This document shows positions 53,198 through 63,511 of a DNA stretch of 64,000 bases, in pieces. The DNA is from an uncultured Chloroflexia bacterium (GTDB taxonomy: Bacteria; Chloroflexota; Limnocylindria; Limnocylindrales; CSP1-4), in assembly GCA_963829155.1 (NCBI GenBank), contig CAWHIA010000018.1, positions 13,804 through 77,803 on the forward strand, given 5' to 3'. The notes below the pieces were generated by a model that was not told the DNA's origin, did no database searches, and saw nothing but the letters and a program-made list of their open reading frames with translations. Position numbers and translations under genes: made by a program. Within the stretch, counting starts at the first letter, position 1; each line of letters starts with the position of its first letter.

Positions 53198-53634
53198 GCG
53201 GACGACGTGTCGGCCTCGGCGTGCGTTCGTTCCCGGACCATGGCGACCAGCGCCTCGATGACCCCGCTCGCGAGCGCGGGCCGGTCGGCGAGCAGCTCGT
53301 CCAGGATCGGCTTGTCGATCCGGAGCAGGAGCGTCGGCTCGAGGGCGGTCACCGATGCGGAGCGTGGCTCCGGAACGAGCGCGGCGAGCTCACCGACGGT
53401 CGAGCCGGCTCCCAGCGACGCGACCGTCCGGTCCCCGTGGTGCACGCGCAACCGACCCTGGACCACCGCGAACAGGTGGTCCTCCATGGCGCCCTCGACG
53501 ATGACGGTCTCGCCGGTCGCGACGGCGACCTCGTGCGCCCGCTGGGCGACGGCGGCGAGGGTCCGACCGGGGACGTCGGCGAACATCGGGACCCGGTGGA
53601 GCGCCACCACGCGCTCGATGGTGGTCATCGTCAT
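53194..53634 (-). CDS. Stand-alone cyclic-nucleotide-binding domain protein
   Basis: The ATG at 53634 overlaps the upstream stop (ATGA). The 146 aa product reads MTMTTIERVVALHRVPMFADVPGRTLAAVA......TGETVIVEGAMEDHLFAVVQGRLRV......LGAGSTVGELAAL...PRSASVTA. Confidence 0.8.
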   Translation of the reverse strand: MTMTTIERVVALHRVPMFADVPGRTLAAVAQRAHEVAVATGETVIVEGAMEDHLFAVVQGRLRVHHGDRTVASLGAGSTVGELAALVPEPRSASVTALEPTLLLRIDKPILDELLADRPALASGVIEALVAMVRERTHAEADTSSA

Positions 53635-55428
53635 ACGGGTGCCAGCCGTTCCGGGAGTCGCGCCAGGAGCTCGTCGACGCTGAGCGGGCGGAGCCACTCC
53701 CGCGCGTAGAGCTCGCCGGGGATCACGATCACGTCGACGGTGCGCTCGGCGACGATCTCGCTGTTGCGCTCGGCGCGGCGGATCACGCCGGTCGTCCCGA
53801 CGGGCACCCACGGATGGAGTGGCCTGCGGGGCGTAGCCGCCGTCCGGTCGCACGACGAGGCCCGGGCCGGTCGGGACATACACGAACGTGGGCGGCGACC
53901 CCTGGGCGACCAGCACCTCGCCGGGTCGGATCGTCGCCCGGCACACCTCGGCAAACGCCGCGACGCGGTTCAGCGTCGAGGTGTCGGCGCCGTGGTCGGC
54001 CAGCCGTCGGACGATCTCGTCGGCCTGGGGATCGTCGGCGCGGACGGGCGCGGCCTCGTAGAACCGGCGACGCTCATCGGGCGCCGCTCCCTCGACGTCC
54101 GCCACGGTCACGAGCCTCCGCGCGAGCGCCGGGTCGCAGTCCGCCACCACGCGGGCGACCCGCTCGGCGAAGATCGGCCGGTCCTCGGGGCGCTCGAGCT
54201 GGATCTGGATGTCGTCGACCGAACGCGTCGGCGGCGGCAGGTCCCCGGCGACGGGGGCGCCGCCGAAGGACGGGATGACGTCCGCCTCGATGTCCTGGAC
54301 CACGCCGGCGACGCACTCGGCCGCGCGGCGCTCGGCCTCCTCGTCACCGAACGCGCCGCGGTGGAACGCGATGCGCAGATGTCCCAGCGGCGTCACGAAT
54401 GCCACTTTGATATTCGCCTCGCCGGCACACCGGGGGTCGTGGTAGCTGATGACGTAGGCCGCGTCGCCGCCCGCGGGCCGTAACGTGCACACGGCCTTGG
54501 CCGTCGCGCCGTCGATGCACAGCTCGAATCCGCCGGACGTCCGGAGCACCATCCCCCGCTGCCGCAGCACGTCCGCCGCCCGCAACGCCCGCAGCGCGTC
54601 GATCACGTCGTCGGCGAAGGCGGCCTGTGGCCCGTCCATCGCGGACAGCCAGGCGAAGGCCTGGGTCGGGTCCGCGTACGCGTCGGTGTTCGCGTCGAAC
54701 GGGATCGGATCGGCGTCCGTCGCGGTCGGGAGCCGGTCGGCGCCCCGGATCGTGTCGAGGTCGGTGAAGACCACGCGCTGTGCGAGGCGCCGAAACGCCA
54801 CGCGGTCGTTGAGCACGGCGGCGGGCACCGCCGACTTGCTGTGGGCGAGGGTCAGGCTAAGCATCTCGCGGACGACGACCTCGAGCGACGTCGAGAACGG
54901 CGCGCGTGCCGCGACCTCGTCGAGACGGTCGCGGACCGGCCCTGGCCCGAGGAGACGGTCGACCAGGGGCGTGACGTCCGGGCCGAACGCAGCGTGTGCG
55001 GCGAACTGTGGATGCGTCCGGCGTCCGACGGGCGTCAGGTCCACCATGCCGACGTCGTGGAGGTAGGCGGCCGCGACGCCGTACGCCTCCACGAAGCGCC
55101 GCCGGGGTCCGGGCCGTCGGGGCAGCAGGACCCCGTCGATCGTCTCGAGCAGCCGGACGAGGCCGATGGCGACGTCGCGGACGTGGACGACCCCGTGGTC
55201 CGCGAACATCGCCGGGTGCGTGCCCGGGCTCGCGAGGAAGTCGGGATCGTCGCGCAGGATCTCGAGCGTCGCTTGCGCCTCGATCGGCCGCCAGAACCGA
55301 TCCTCGAGATCGTCCCGTACGGCAGGCGTGAGGATGGCGTCGATGACCGCCAGACCGCCATCCTCCTCCATCGGCCTACGGTAGCCGCTGCTCACCCCGC
55401 CGACAACGAATTCGACGATCGGCGTCAA
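53631..55428 (-). pseudogene. HD-domain protein with C-terminal cyclic-nucleotide-binding domain, one +1 frame break
   Basis: The HD signature reads ...FADHGVVHVRDVA...AAAYLHDVGM. The long central region lies in the frame of ORF 53194..55428. The cNMP-like end begins FAEVCRATIRPGEVLVAQGSPPTFVYVPTGPGLVVRPDGGYAPQ. It then shifts frame to PLHPWVPVGTTGVIRRAERNSEIVAE...LAPV (ORF 53631..53954). The extra base lies near 53820-53826. Confidence 0.7.
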
Positions 55429-55503
55429 TCCCGGCCGACGCGGAGCGGCCCGGCCTCGGCTGCACGCGAGCCCGCCGGCGCGTCCGCGAGATCGACCGGA
55501 GGC

Positions 55504-57086
55504 TTACGGGCCGTTGACGAGACCGCTGGTGTCGACCACCTCGAGGTTGGAGCCCTTGAACCGGTCCAGCTCGTGCAGGACGTCATCGTCGAAGCGCGGG
55601 TCGCTGGCGCCCGAGACGTACCACGGCGAGCCGTTGTCGGCGAGGATCATCCCGTAGCGCTGGAGCGCGACCGCGATCACCTTCGCGTCGTGCGACAGGC
55701 CGGTCAGGTCCGCGTTCGCCTTCAGCCGGACGCGAAGGCCCATCGGCGGCAGCGACGCGCTGTGCGAGGACGACGCCTCGTGGCGCGCCGGGTAGATGTA
55801 GGTGTCACGGGTCTCGGGGGCGGTGAACCGGAGGGCGTGGGTGATCTCGCCCGCGGCCACCTCGTCCCAACGGACGAGGCCTGGCAGGATCGGCAGGCCG
55901 GCGGCGTCGGCCGACGTCCAGCCGTCGGGGCGGAGGTCGTTCGACGACAGGTCCCAGATCGCGCCCGAGCCCGCGTGCCAGGTGCCGCTCGCTGACTGGC
56001 GGGCGGCGAACAGCTCGTACAGCTTGCAGCCGACCCGGTCGACCATGAGCAGGTGGCCGTCGGAGCCGTCCTCGATCATGCGGCGCGACGGGGATCGGGT
56101 ACGGGCCGGCATCGGACTCGTCGTCGTAGTCGAAGATCACCGTCCGCAGCGTCGTCGTCGCGTCGACCACCTGGTACGGGATCCCGTAGCCCGCGTACGA
56201 GCCGAAGTCCATGTGGAACGACCGGCCCGAGCCGATGGTCGAGATCATCGTGCGCGCTGTTGGTCGCGACGTCGAGGCCGTCGACGCGCGCGTTCCAGAC
56301 GTTGTCGGCCGGGAACACCGTGCAGCCGGGCGCGCCCTGGATCACCGGCGCGTCGACCACGTCCACGTGCTCGTCGCCGTCGGGCGTGCCGTCGTCGTCC
56401 GAGTCGGCGTCCTTCGGGTCGAGGTCGCGGACGACCTCCGCCAGCGTCATCAGGCCGTCGGCGTCGGGATCCTCCTCACCGTCGGGCTTGCCGTCGCCGT
56501 CGGTGTCCTTGAGGCCGGGGTTCGTGCCGACCTGCTGCTCGATCCGGTTCGCCAGCCCGTCGTCGCGCGTCCCCTCGATGCCGTCGCGGCGCCCGTCGCC
56601 GTCGGTGTCGGCGTCGCGCGGGGCGGTGCCGGCGCGGAACTCGATGATGTTCCACAGGCCGTCGCCGTCGGGATCCTCGCGGTCGTCGCGCGTCCCGTCG
56701 CCGTCGGAGTCGGCCTTGCGCGGGTAGGTGCGGGCCGCCTGCTCGCGGGCATTGGAGAGGCCGTCGCCGTCGGGATCCTCGGCGCCATCCTTCGTGCCGT
56801 CGCCGTCGGTGTCCTTCTTGCGGGGGTTCGTGCCCGCGAGGTACTCGTAGCGGTTCCACAGGCCGTCGCCGTCGGGATCCTCGTAGGTGTCGCGGGTCCC
56901 GTCGTGGTCGGTGTCCTTGCGATGGGGGTTCGTGTGCGTCTGCTGGCGCTCGAACTTGTTGGGCAGCCCGTCGCCGTCGGAATCGGTGGTGGCGGACGAG
57001 GCCCCGGGCACGCCGAGCGCGCCGACCAGGAGCAGCCCGGCGATGGCCGCGCCGAGCGCCCTCCTTCGATTCCCCGTCATCGTCAA
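55504..57086 (-). pseudogene. Secreted protein with thrombospondin type-3 (DxDxDG calcium-binding) repeats and a conserved C-terminal domain, two +1 frame breaks
   Basis: The signal peptide is MTMTGNRRRALGAAIAGLLLVGALGVPGASS. At least 7 DTDGDG/DPDGDG repeats follow. The C-terminal domain is spread over three frames. These read ...CTVFPADNVWNARVDGLDVATNS, then ARTMISTIGSGRSFHMDFGSYAGYGIPYQVV...DAGPYPIP, then RRMIEDGSDGHLLMVDRVGCKLYELF...GWTSADAAGLPILPGLVRWDEV. The breaks lie near 56252-56262 and 56085-56092. Confidence 0.75.
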
Positions 57087-57352
57087 TGTCGCCCCTCAGC
57101 GATGGGTGGACGCGGCCGCCTCACACGGTCGTCATGCGGACCGTGCTCAACGACCGCGCCCCTGCCGGCATCCTCATCGACCCTCGTCGCGGTCGAGATG
57201 ACCCGGAGGTCCCGGTCGGTGACGACGGGCACCAGAACCCGTGAACGGCCAGGATCAGCCGCCGCTGAACACCGCGAACAGGCGCGAGCCGGCGATCGCG
57301 CCGATCGCCGCCGCCACGACGACCAGCCACGGAACGAGGCGTCGCGAGATCG

Positions 57353-58211
57353 TCACGAGCGGGCCTCCAGCCCGCGCATCACGGCGTCCTTCGCCGTCTC
57401 GTACTCCTCGGCCGTCAGCAGGCCGCGGTCGCGCATGTCGGCGAGACGTTCCAACCGGTCGAGCAGGGCCTGCGTGCTCTCCGGGAGCTCGGGCGTCCCG
57501 GGACCCGGCGTCCCGTCGCGCGGGATCACGATCGACGTCGCGGCCGCGCGGCCGCATCGGTGACGGCGGCGCCCATCAGCGCATCGATCGCACGCAGCTG
57601 GTCCGTCGCGCCGATCCTGCCACCTCGACCCGGTGCTCCCGCGCGACCGTCGGCGGACGCGTGTCTCCGGCCCCCGTCGGCCGGCGCGCCGCCGTCCCCG
57701 CCCCGCGGAGGGTGTTGGCCGTGATCGCGACCCGCCCCGAGCCGCGTTGGAACCCCTCGGCGCCCCGGAGCGTGAGCAGGACGAAGGCCACCGGCACCCA
57801 CGCCATCAGCTGGAACAGCACGCCGGGGATGACGTAGCCCCACTCGATCCCCTGCCCCTCCGGCGGGTTGACCAGCCCGTAGTCGAGGAAGTTCCAGCCG
57901 AGCGTGGCGAACAGGCCCGTCCACGCGAGCAGCGGCAGCCAGCCGTAGCCGCCGATCCGCGCGCCGGACGCCATCCCGAGGGCGCCGAACCCGAACAGGC
58001 CGAACGCCCCGAGCAGCATCGCAGCAGGGGTCCCGTCGGGACATGGCTGCGCCGAGACGTACGGCCCGCCGTCGGCACAGGCACCGCCGACGTCCATCAC
58101 GGCCCGCATGCCGAGGTAGATCAGCGTGATGCACGCGGTCAGGCCCGCGACCGCCACCAGGAGCAGGAGCACGTCGCGCAGCCTCGGGTCGTCGCGTCCC
58201 GGTCCGTTCAC
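57353..58211 (-). pseudogene. Membrane protein with C-terminal SHOCT-like domain; reading frame appears broken twice
   Basis: A GGGAGGA RBS precedes GTG 58211. The TM-rich part (LLLLVAVAGLTACITLIYLG...GWLPLLAWTGLFATLGW...MAWVPVAFVLLTL) lies in ORF 57576..58514. The plausible text then moves to other frames: ...ATDQLRAIDALMGA... and finally ...STQALLDRLERLADMRDRGLLTAEEYETAKDAVMRGLEARS, with the stop at 57353-57355. The last segment matches the SHOCT pattern. Confidence 0.5.
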
Positions 58212-58267
58212 GCGGTCCTCCCGTCGGCGGCCGTCGCTCGGCCGCGGCGGAGAGTCTACGGCCGTCG

Positions 58268-59677
58268 TCAGGGCCGAACGGCCGCCATCCGGTCGAGGAT
58301 CAGGCGCTTGACACCCTCGAGCGGCACCCGGTCCTGGGTCATCAAGTCGCGGTCGCGCACGGTCACCGCGCCGTCGTCGAGCGAGTCGACGTCCACGGTC
58401 ACGCACCACGGCGTCCCGATCTCGTCCTGGCGCCGGTACAGCTTGCCGATCGCGGCGGTGTCGTCGTACACGGCCATCAGGTCGCGCTTGAGGTCCGCGA
58501 GCAGGCGGTGGCACATCTCGACGATCTCGGGCCGCTTCTTGAGCAGCGGCAGGACGGCGACCTTGTACGGCGCGAGGTCGGGATGGAGCCCGAGCACGAC
58601 GCGCTTCTCGCCGCGGACCTCCTCCTCGCGATAGGCGTCGATCAGGAACGTGAACGCCGCCCGATCGGCGCCGGCTGCCGTCTCGACGATCCAGGGGATG
58701 AAGTGCTCCTCGGTCGCCTGGTCGAAGTACTCAAGGTTCTCCCCGGTCGCCTTCGCGTGGCTGCTCAGGTCGAAGTCGCCGCGGTTGTGGATCCCCTCGA
58801 GCTCCTTCCAGCCGAACGGGAAGCGGTACTCGACGTCGATCGCCTTCCTGGCGTAGTGGGCGAGCTCGTCGGGCGCGTGCTCGCGGAAGCGCAGCCGCTC
58901 CGGGGTGACGCCGTAGGCCTCGTACCACGCCCGCCGGCGCGGCAGCCACTCCTCGAACGCCTGCGCCGCGCCCGCTTCGGGGCGGACGAAGTACTGCATC
59001 TCCATCTGCTCGAACTCGCGCATCCGGAACACGAAGTTGCCGGGCGAGATCTCGTTGCGGAACGACTTGCCGATCTGGGCGATGCCGAACGGGATCTTCT
59101 TGCGCGAGCTCTGCTGGACGTTCTTGAAGTTGACGTAGCTGCCCTGGGCCGTCTCGGGGCGGAAGTACACGATCGACGCGTCCTCCTCGACCGGGCCCAT
59201 GTGCGACGTGAACATCAGGTTGAACTGGCGGGGTGCCGACAGCGGGCCGCCGTCGTTCGGGCAGACGAGGCCGAGGCGCTCGACGATGCCCGGGTCCCGG
59301 AGCTCGGTGGCGCTCAGGTTCTCGGCGCCGGGCAGCTCGTCGAGCCGGTAGCGGCGGTGGCAGCTCCCGCACTCGACCAGCGGGTCGCTGAACGAGCCGA
59401 CGTGGCCGCTGGTGACCCACACCTGGGGGTGCATCAGGATCCCGGCGTCGAGGCCGACGATGTCGTCGCGGTCCTGGACCATCGCGCGCCACCAGGCGCG
59501 CTTGACGTTGTTCTTGAGCTCGACGCCGAGGGGCCCGTAGTCCCACACGGCGTTGATGCCGCCGTAGATCTCGGACGACGGGAAGATGAAGCCGCGGCGC
59601 TTCGAGAGCGAGACGATCGTGTCGAGGGCGGCCACGGCGGGCGCGACGTCGTTGGGGTCGACGGTGGGGGTGGTCAC
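58268..59677 (-). CDS. glyQS: Glycine--tRNA ligase (dimeric class II type)
   Basis: I chose GTG 59677 inside ORF 58268..59968. The protein reads VTTPTVD...[46 protein letters not shown]...FNLMF...GPVE...[13 protein letters not shown]...[23 protein letters not shown]. It is 469 aa. Confidence 0.95.
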   Translation of the reverse strand: MTTPTVDPNDVAPAVAALDTIVSLSKRRGFIFPSSEIYGGINAVWDYGPLGVELKNNVKRAWWRAMVQDRDDIVGLDAGILMHPQVWVTSGHVGSFSDPLVECGSCHRRYRLDELPGAENLSATELRDPGIVERLGLVCPNDGGPLSAPRQFNLMFTSHMGPVEEDASIVYFRPETAQGSYVNFKNVQQSSRKKIPFGIAQIGKSFRNEISPGNFVFRMREFEQMEMQYFVRPEAGAAQAFEEWLPRRRAWYEAYGVTPERLRFREHAPDELAHYARKAIDVEYRFPFGWKELEGIHNRGDFDLSSHAKATGENLEYFDQATEEHFIPWIVETAAGADRAAFTFLIDAYREEEVRGEKRVVLGLHPDLAPYKVAVLPLLKKRPEIVEMCHRLLADLKRDLMAVYDDTAAIGKLYRRQDEIGTPWCVTVDVDSLDDGAVTVRDRDLMTQDRVPLEGVKRLILDRMAAVRP

Positions 59678-59808
59678 AGGAGGCTCCGCTGATACGCGAC
59701 CGTGGAAGGGCCGCGCGGGATGACTGGTGGCCGGATGGTAGCAGGCGAATGCGCCACGCTCGCTGGTCGTCGATTGACCACCACGCGGCCATCGACCACG
59801 ATCAGGCG

Positions 59809-61315
59809 ATGGGAACCGAGACCGAGCATGCGGTCGTGATCGCCGGAGCCGGTCCGACGGGGCTGATGCTGGCGGGCGAGCTGGCATTGGCCGGCGTCGA
59901 CGTCGCCATCGTCGAGCGGCGCCCCAATCAGGACCTCCCGGGCTCGCGCGCGGGCGGTCTGCAGTCACGCACCATCGAGGTCCTCGATCAGCGCGGCATC
60001 GCCGATCGGTTCCTCGCCGAGGGGCAGGTGGCCCAGGTCGCCGGGTTCGGCATGATCCGCCTGGACATCAGCGACTTCCCCACCCGCCATCCCTACGGGC
60101 TCGGGCTGTGGCAGCGACACATCGAGCGCATCCTCGCCGGCTGGGTCGCCGAGCTGAAGGTCCCGCTCCGCTACGGCACCGAGGTGACCGGATTCGCGCA
60201 GGACGACGCCGGCGTGGACGTCGCGCTGTCCGACGGCCAACGCGTACGGGCGCAGTATCTCGTCGGGTGCGACGGCGGACGCAGCCTGGTCCGCAAGGCG
60301 GCCGGCATCGAGTTCCCCGGCTGGGATCCGACGACGAGCGCCCTGCTCGCCGAGGTCGAGATGACCGAGGAGCCGGAGCTGGGCGTTCGCCGCACGCCAT
60401 CGGGCACGCATGCCCTGGGCAAGACCGACTACGAGGTCAAGGACGGCGTGGTGGTCTACAAGCCGGGCGGAACGGTCGGGGTCATGCTGACCGAGTCGGA
60501 GGTCGGCACGCAGGGAGCCCACCCTGCAGGATCTCCGCGAGGGCCTCGTCGCCGTGTACGGGACCGACTACGGGGTCCACAACCTCACCTGGATCACCAG
60601 GTTCACCGACGTGACCCGGCAGGCTGCTGCCTACCGCAAGGGACGGGTCCTGCTGGCCGGCGACGCCGCCCACGTGCATTCCCCGGTCGGCGGACAGGGC
60701 CTCAACACCGGTGTGCAGGACGCGGTGAACCTGGGATGGAAGCTGGCGCAGGTGGTCAAGGGCATCTCGCCGGACACCCTGCTGGATACCTACCACGGCG
60801 AGCGGCACCCGGTCGGTGCCCGCGTGCTCCGCAACACGATGGCGCAGGTCGCGCTCACGCGCGTCGACGATCGCACCGAGGCGTTGCGCGACAGCGTGTC
60901 CGAGCTCCTGGGCATGGACGAGCCTCGCCGACGATTCGCCGCGATGATGTCCGGCCTGGACATTCACTACGATCTCGGCGACGGCCACCCGCTGCTCGGA
61001 CGCCGCATGCCCGATCTCGACCTGGTGACCGCCAACGGTCCGCTGCGGGTCTACACGCTGCTGCACGACGCCCGACCGGTGCTGCTCGACCTCGGTCAGC
61101 CCGGCGGCATCGACATCACGCCGTGGGCGGATCGGGTGCAGGTGGTCGAGGCCAGGTACGACGGTCCGTGGGAGCTGCCGGCACTCGGGGCGGTCGCCGC
61201 TCCTTCCGCCGTCGTGATCCGGCCCGACGGATACGTGGCGTGGGTGGGAGACCGGACGCAGCCGGGGCTCGCTGACGCGCTGACCACCTGGTTCGGACCG
61301 CCGACCGCCGGATAG
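59809..61315 (+). pseudogene. FAD-dependent aromatic-ring monooxygenase (PheA/TfdB-like), one +1 frame break
   Basis: The N-terminal part reads [37 protein letters not shown]...YLVGCDGGRSLVRK, in the ORF 59749 frame. The text continues as EPTLQDLREGLVAVYGTDYGVHN...RVLLAGDAAHVHSPVGGQGLNTGVQDAVNLGWKLA... in the ORF 60554 frame. The extra base lies near 60511-60516. Confidence 0.85.
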
Positions 61316-61462
61316 CGCACCGACCCAGGCCCTAACCGCGAGTCGCGGCAGGGGGCTTGACACCTGGCGTAGATTCGGTCAAACGACCGATGTCGGTCGA
61401 TCGACCGACTGATGTCGGTCAGGCGAACCGGTCGAGCCAGAAGGCAAACGGAGGGTCCCGCG

Positions 61463-62071
61463 ATGGCGTACGACGTCGAAGGCAAGCTGCTCGAGGTGTG
61501 CACGTGCAACGTGCTCTGCCCGTGCTGGATCGGCGAGAACCCGGACGGGGGTGTCTGCGAGTCCGCGCTCGCGTGGCACGTGGACAAGGGGTCGATCGAG
61601 GGCGTGGACGTCTCCGGCCTGACCATCGCCGCCTCGGTCCACATCCCCGAGAACGTCCTGATCCCGAAGTCGTGGAAGGCGGCGATCTTCGTCGACGAGC
61701 GCGCCTCGGACGCCCAGGAGCAGGCGATGCTCAAGGTCTGGACCGGCCAGCTGGGCGGCGCGATCGCCGACCTCGCCGGGCTCATCGGCGAGGTCGTCGC
61801 GGTCGAGCGCGCACCCATCACGTTCACGGTCGACGGCGGCAAGGGCCGGCTCACGATCGGCGACGTCGCCGATGCCGACCTCATCCCCTACGTCGGCGCC
61901 ACCGGCAAGACGACCGTCCTGTCGGAGACCGTGTTCTCGACGATCCCCGGTTCCCCGGTCTACGCGGCCAAGTCCGACTTCTTCAAGCGCAACGGGTCGC
62001 GGCACGGGATGGTCGACGTCGACCGGCACGGCAACAACGCCCTCCAGGGCCACTTCCACTTCGCGAACTAA
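61463..62071 (+). CDS. DUF1326-family protein
   Basis: A GGAGGG RBS precedes ATG 61463. The protein begins MAYDVEGKLLEVCTCNVLCPCWIGENPDGGVC. This Cys-rich N-terminus is typical of the family that pairs with DUF2182. Confidence 0.75.
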   Translation: MAYDVEGKLLEVCTCNVLCPCWIGENPDGGVCESALAWHVDKGSIEGVDVSGLTIAASVHIPENVLIPKSWKAAIFVDERASDAQEQAMLKVWTGQLGGAIADLAGLIGEVVAVERAPITFTVDGGKGRLTIGDVADADLIPYVGATGKTTVLSETVFSTIPGSPVYAAKSDFFKRNGSRHGMVDVDRHGNNALQGHFHFAN

Positions 62072-62086
62072 CGGAGACGTCGAGCG

Positions 62087-62854
62087 ATGTTCGCGGTCGG
62101 CCACCTCCGCGACCCGAAGCGCGACCGGGCGATCCTCGGCGGATCGCTCGTCGCGCTGTCGGCGCTCGCCTGGCTCAGCCTGTGGGCGTGGTCGGCCTCG
62201 CCGTACGCCCCGTACCTCCACCACGAGGGCGGCGTCGCCCCCATCCCGGTCGAGGCGCTCCTGTTCTCCCTGGGCTGGCTGCTGATGATCGTGGCGATGA
62301 TGCTGCCGTCGAGCGTGCCGCTGGTCGTCACGTTCGGTGCGATCGTCGGCCGGCGTCCCCAACCGCGGCGGCTCATCGCCCTCCTGGTCGCCGGGTACCT
62401 CGTGGTCTGGGGCGCCTTCGGCCTCGCGGCCTGGGTCCTGGACCGCGGCATCCACGCGGCCGTCGCGGCGCTTCCCTGGCTGGCGGCGCATCCGCAGCTG
62501 ATCATGGGCTCGACGCTCGCGATCGCGGGCCTGTGGCAGTTCAGCCCGCTGCGAGCCCGATGCCTCGACGAGTGCCGCAGCCCGCTGGGCTTCGTCATGA
62601 ACCACTGGCGCGGCGTCGACGCCCGTCGCGAGTCGTTCCGCATGGGCATCGCGCACGGCGCGTTCTGCGTCGGCTGCTGCTGGTCGCTGATGCTCGTGAT
62701 GTTCGGCGTCGGCCTCGGCAGCGTGCCGGCGATGCTCGGGCTGGGCATGCTCACGGCCGTCGAGAAGAACATGCCCTGGGGCGACCGCCTCACGCGACCG
62801 CTGGGGTTCGCGCTGATCCTGGCGGCCGTCTACTCGGTCGCCTCCGTCACCTGA
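62087..62854 (+). CDS. DUF2182-family predicted metal-binding membrane protein
   Basis: The 255 aa product has several TM segments and the conserved ...LRARCLDECRSPLGF... and GIAHGAFCVGCCW motifs. It directly follows the DUF1326 gene. Confidence 0.75.
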   Translation: MFAVGHLRDPKRDRAILGGSLVALSALAWLSLWAWSASPYAPYLHHEGGVAPIPVEALLFSLGWLLMIVAMMLPSSVPLVVTFGAIVGRRPQPRRLIALLVAGYLVVWGAFGLAAWVLDRGIHAAVAALPWLAAHPQLIMGSTLAIAGLWQFSPLRARCLDECRSPLGFVMNHWRGVDARRESFRMGIAHGAFCVGCCWSLMLVMFGVGLGSVPAMLGLGMLTAVEKNMPWGDRLTRPLGFALILAAVYSVASVT

Positions 62855-63510
62855 TGGGGTCGTATCCTCGTGACACCTTGGATGACGCCGTTGCCGTTCC
62901 GGAGACCCGTGCCGAGCGCCGGGATCGCGCGACCGCCGACACCCGCGCCTCGATCCTCGCCGCCGCCCGCGAGCGGCTGCTGGCCGTCGGCTACGCCAAC
63001 CTCTCCACGAGGACCGTGGCCGACGCCGCTGGCGTGCCGCTCAGCCAGATCCACTACCACTTCGGCAGCAAGCAGCAGCTCATCCTCGATGTCCTCGAGG
63101 CGGAGAACGAGCGGCTCCTCGCCCGCCAGCGTTCGATGTACGCGGGGCCGGAGCCGCTGTGGCGCCAGTGGGAGCTTGCCTGCGACTACCTGGACGAGGA
63201 CATCGAGTCCGGCTACGTCCGGATCCTCCAGGAGATGATCGCCGCGGGCTGGTCCGACGCCGAGGTCGCGGCGGCCGTGCGCGAGTACCAGCTCGGCTGG
63301 TACCGGCTGCTGACCCAGGTGGCCGAGCGCGAGTCGAAGCGTCTGGGAGGCCTCGGGCCGTTCGAGCCGAGGGAGGTGGCGGCCCTGATGGGCCTGCCCT
63401 TCATCGGCGCCGAGTCCCTGATCCTGCTCGGCATGCCCGAGTCCGTCCTGCCGGCCAGGGCGGCCTTGCGCAAGCTCGGCGAGTTCATCCGGTCGCTCGA
63501 GGAGCGATGA
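62854..63510 (+). CDS. TetR/AcrR-family transcriptional regulator
   Basis: The ATG at 62854 overlaps the upstream stop (TGATG). The HTH reads ILAAARERLLAVGYANLSTRTVADAAGVPLSQIHYHFGSKQQL. Confidence 0.9.
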   Translation: MGSYPRDTLDDAVAVPETRAERRDRATADTRASILAAARERLLAVGYANLSTRTVADAAGVPLSQIHYHFGSKQQLILDVLEAENERLLARQRSMYAGPEPLWRQWELACDYLDEDIESGYVRILQEMIAAGWSDAEVAAAVREYQLGWYRLLTQVAERESKRLGGLGPFEPREVAALMGLPFIGAESLILLGMPESVLPARAALRKLGEFIRSLEER

Positions 63511-63511
63511 C

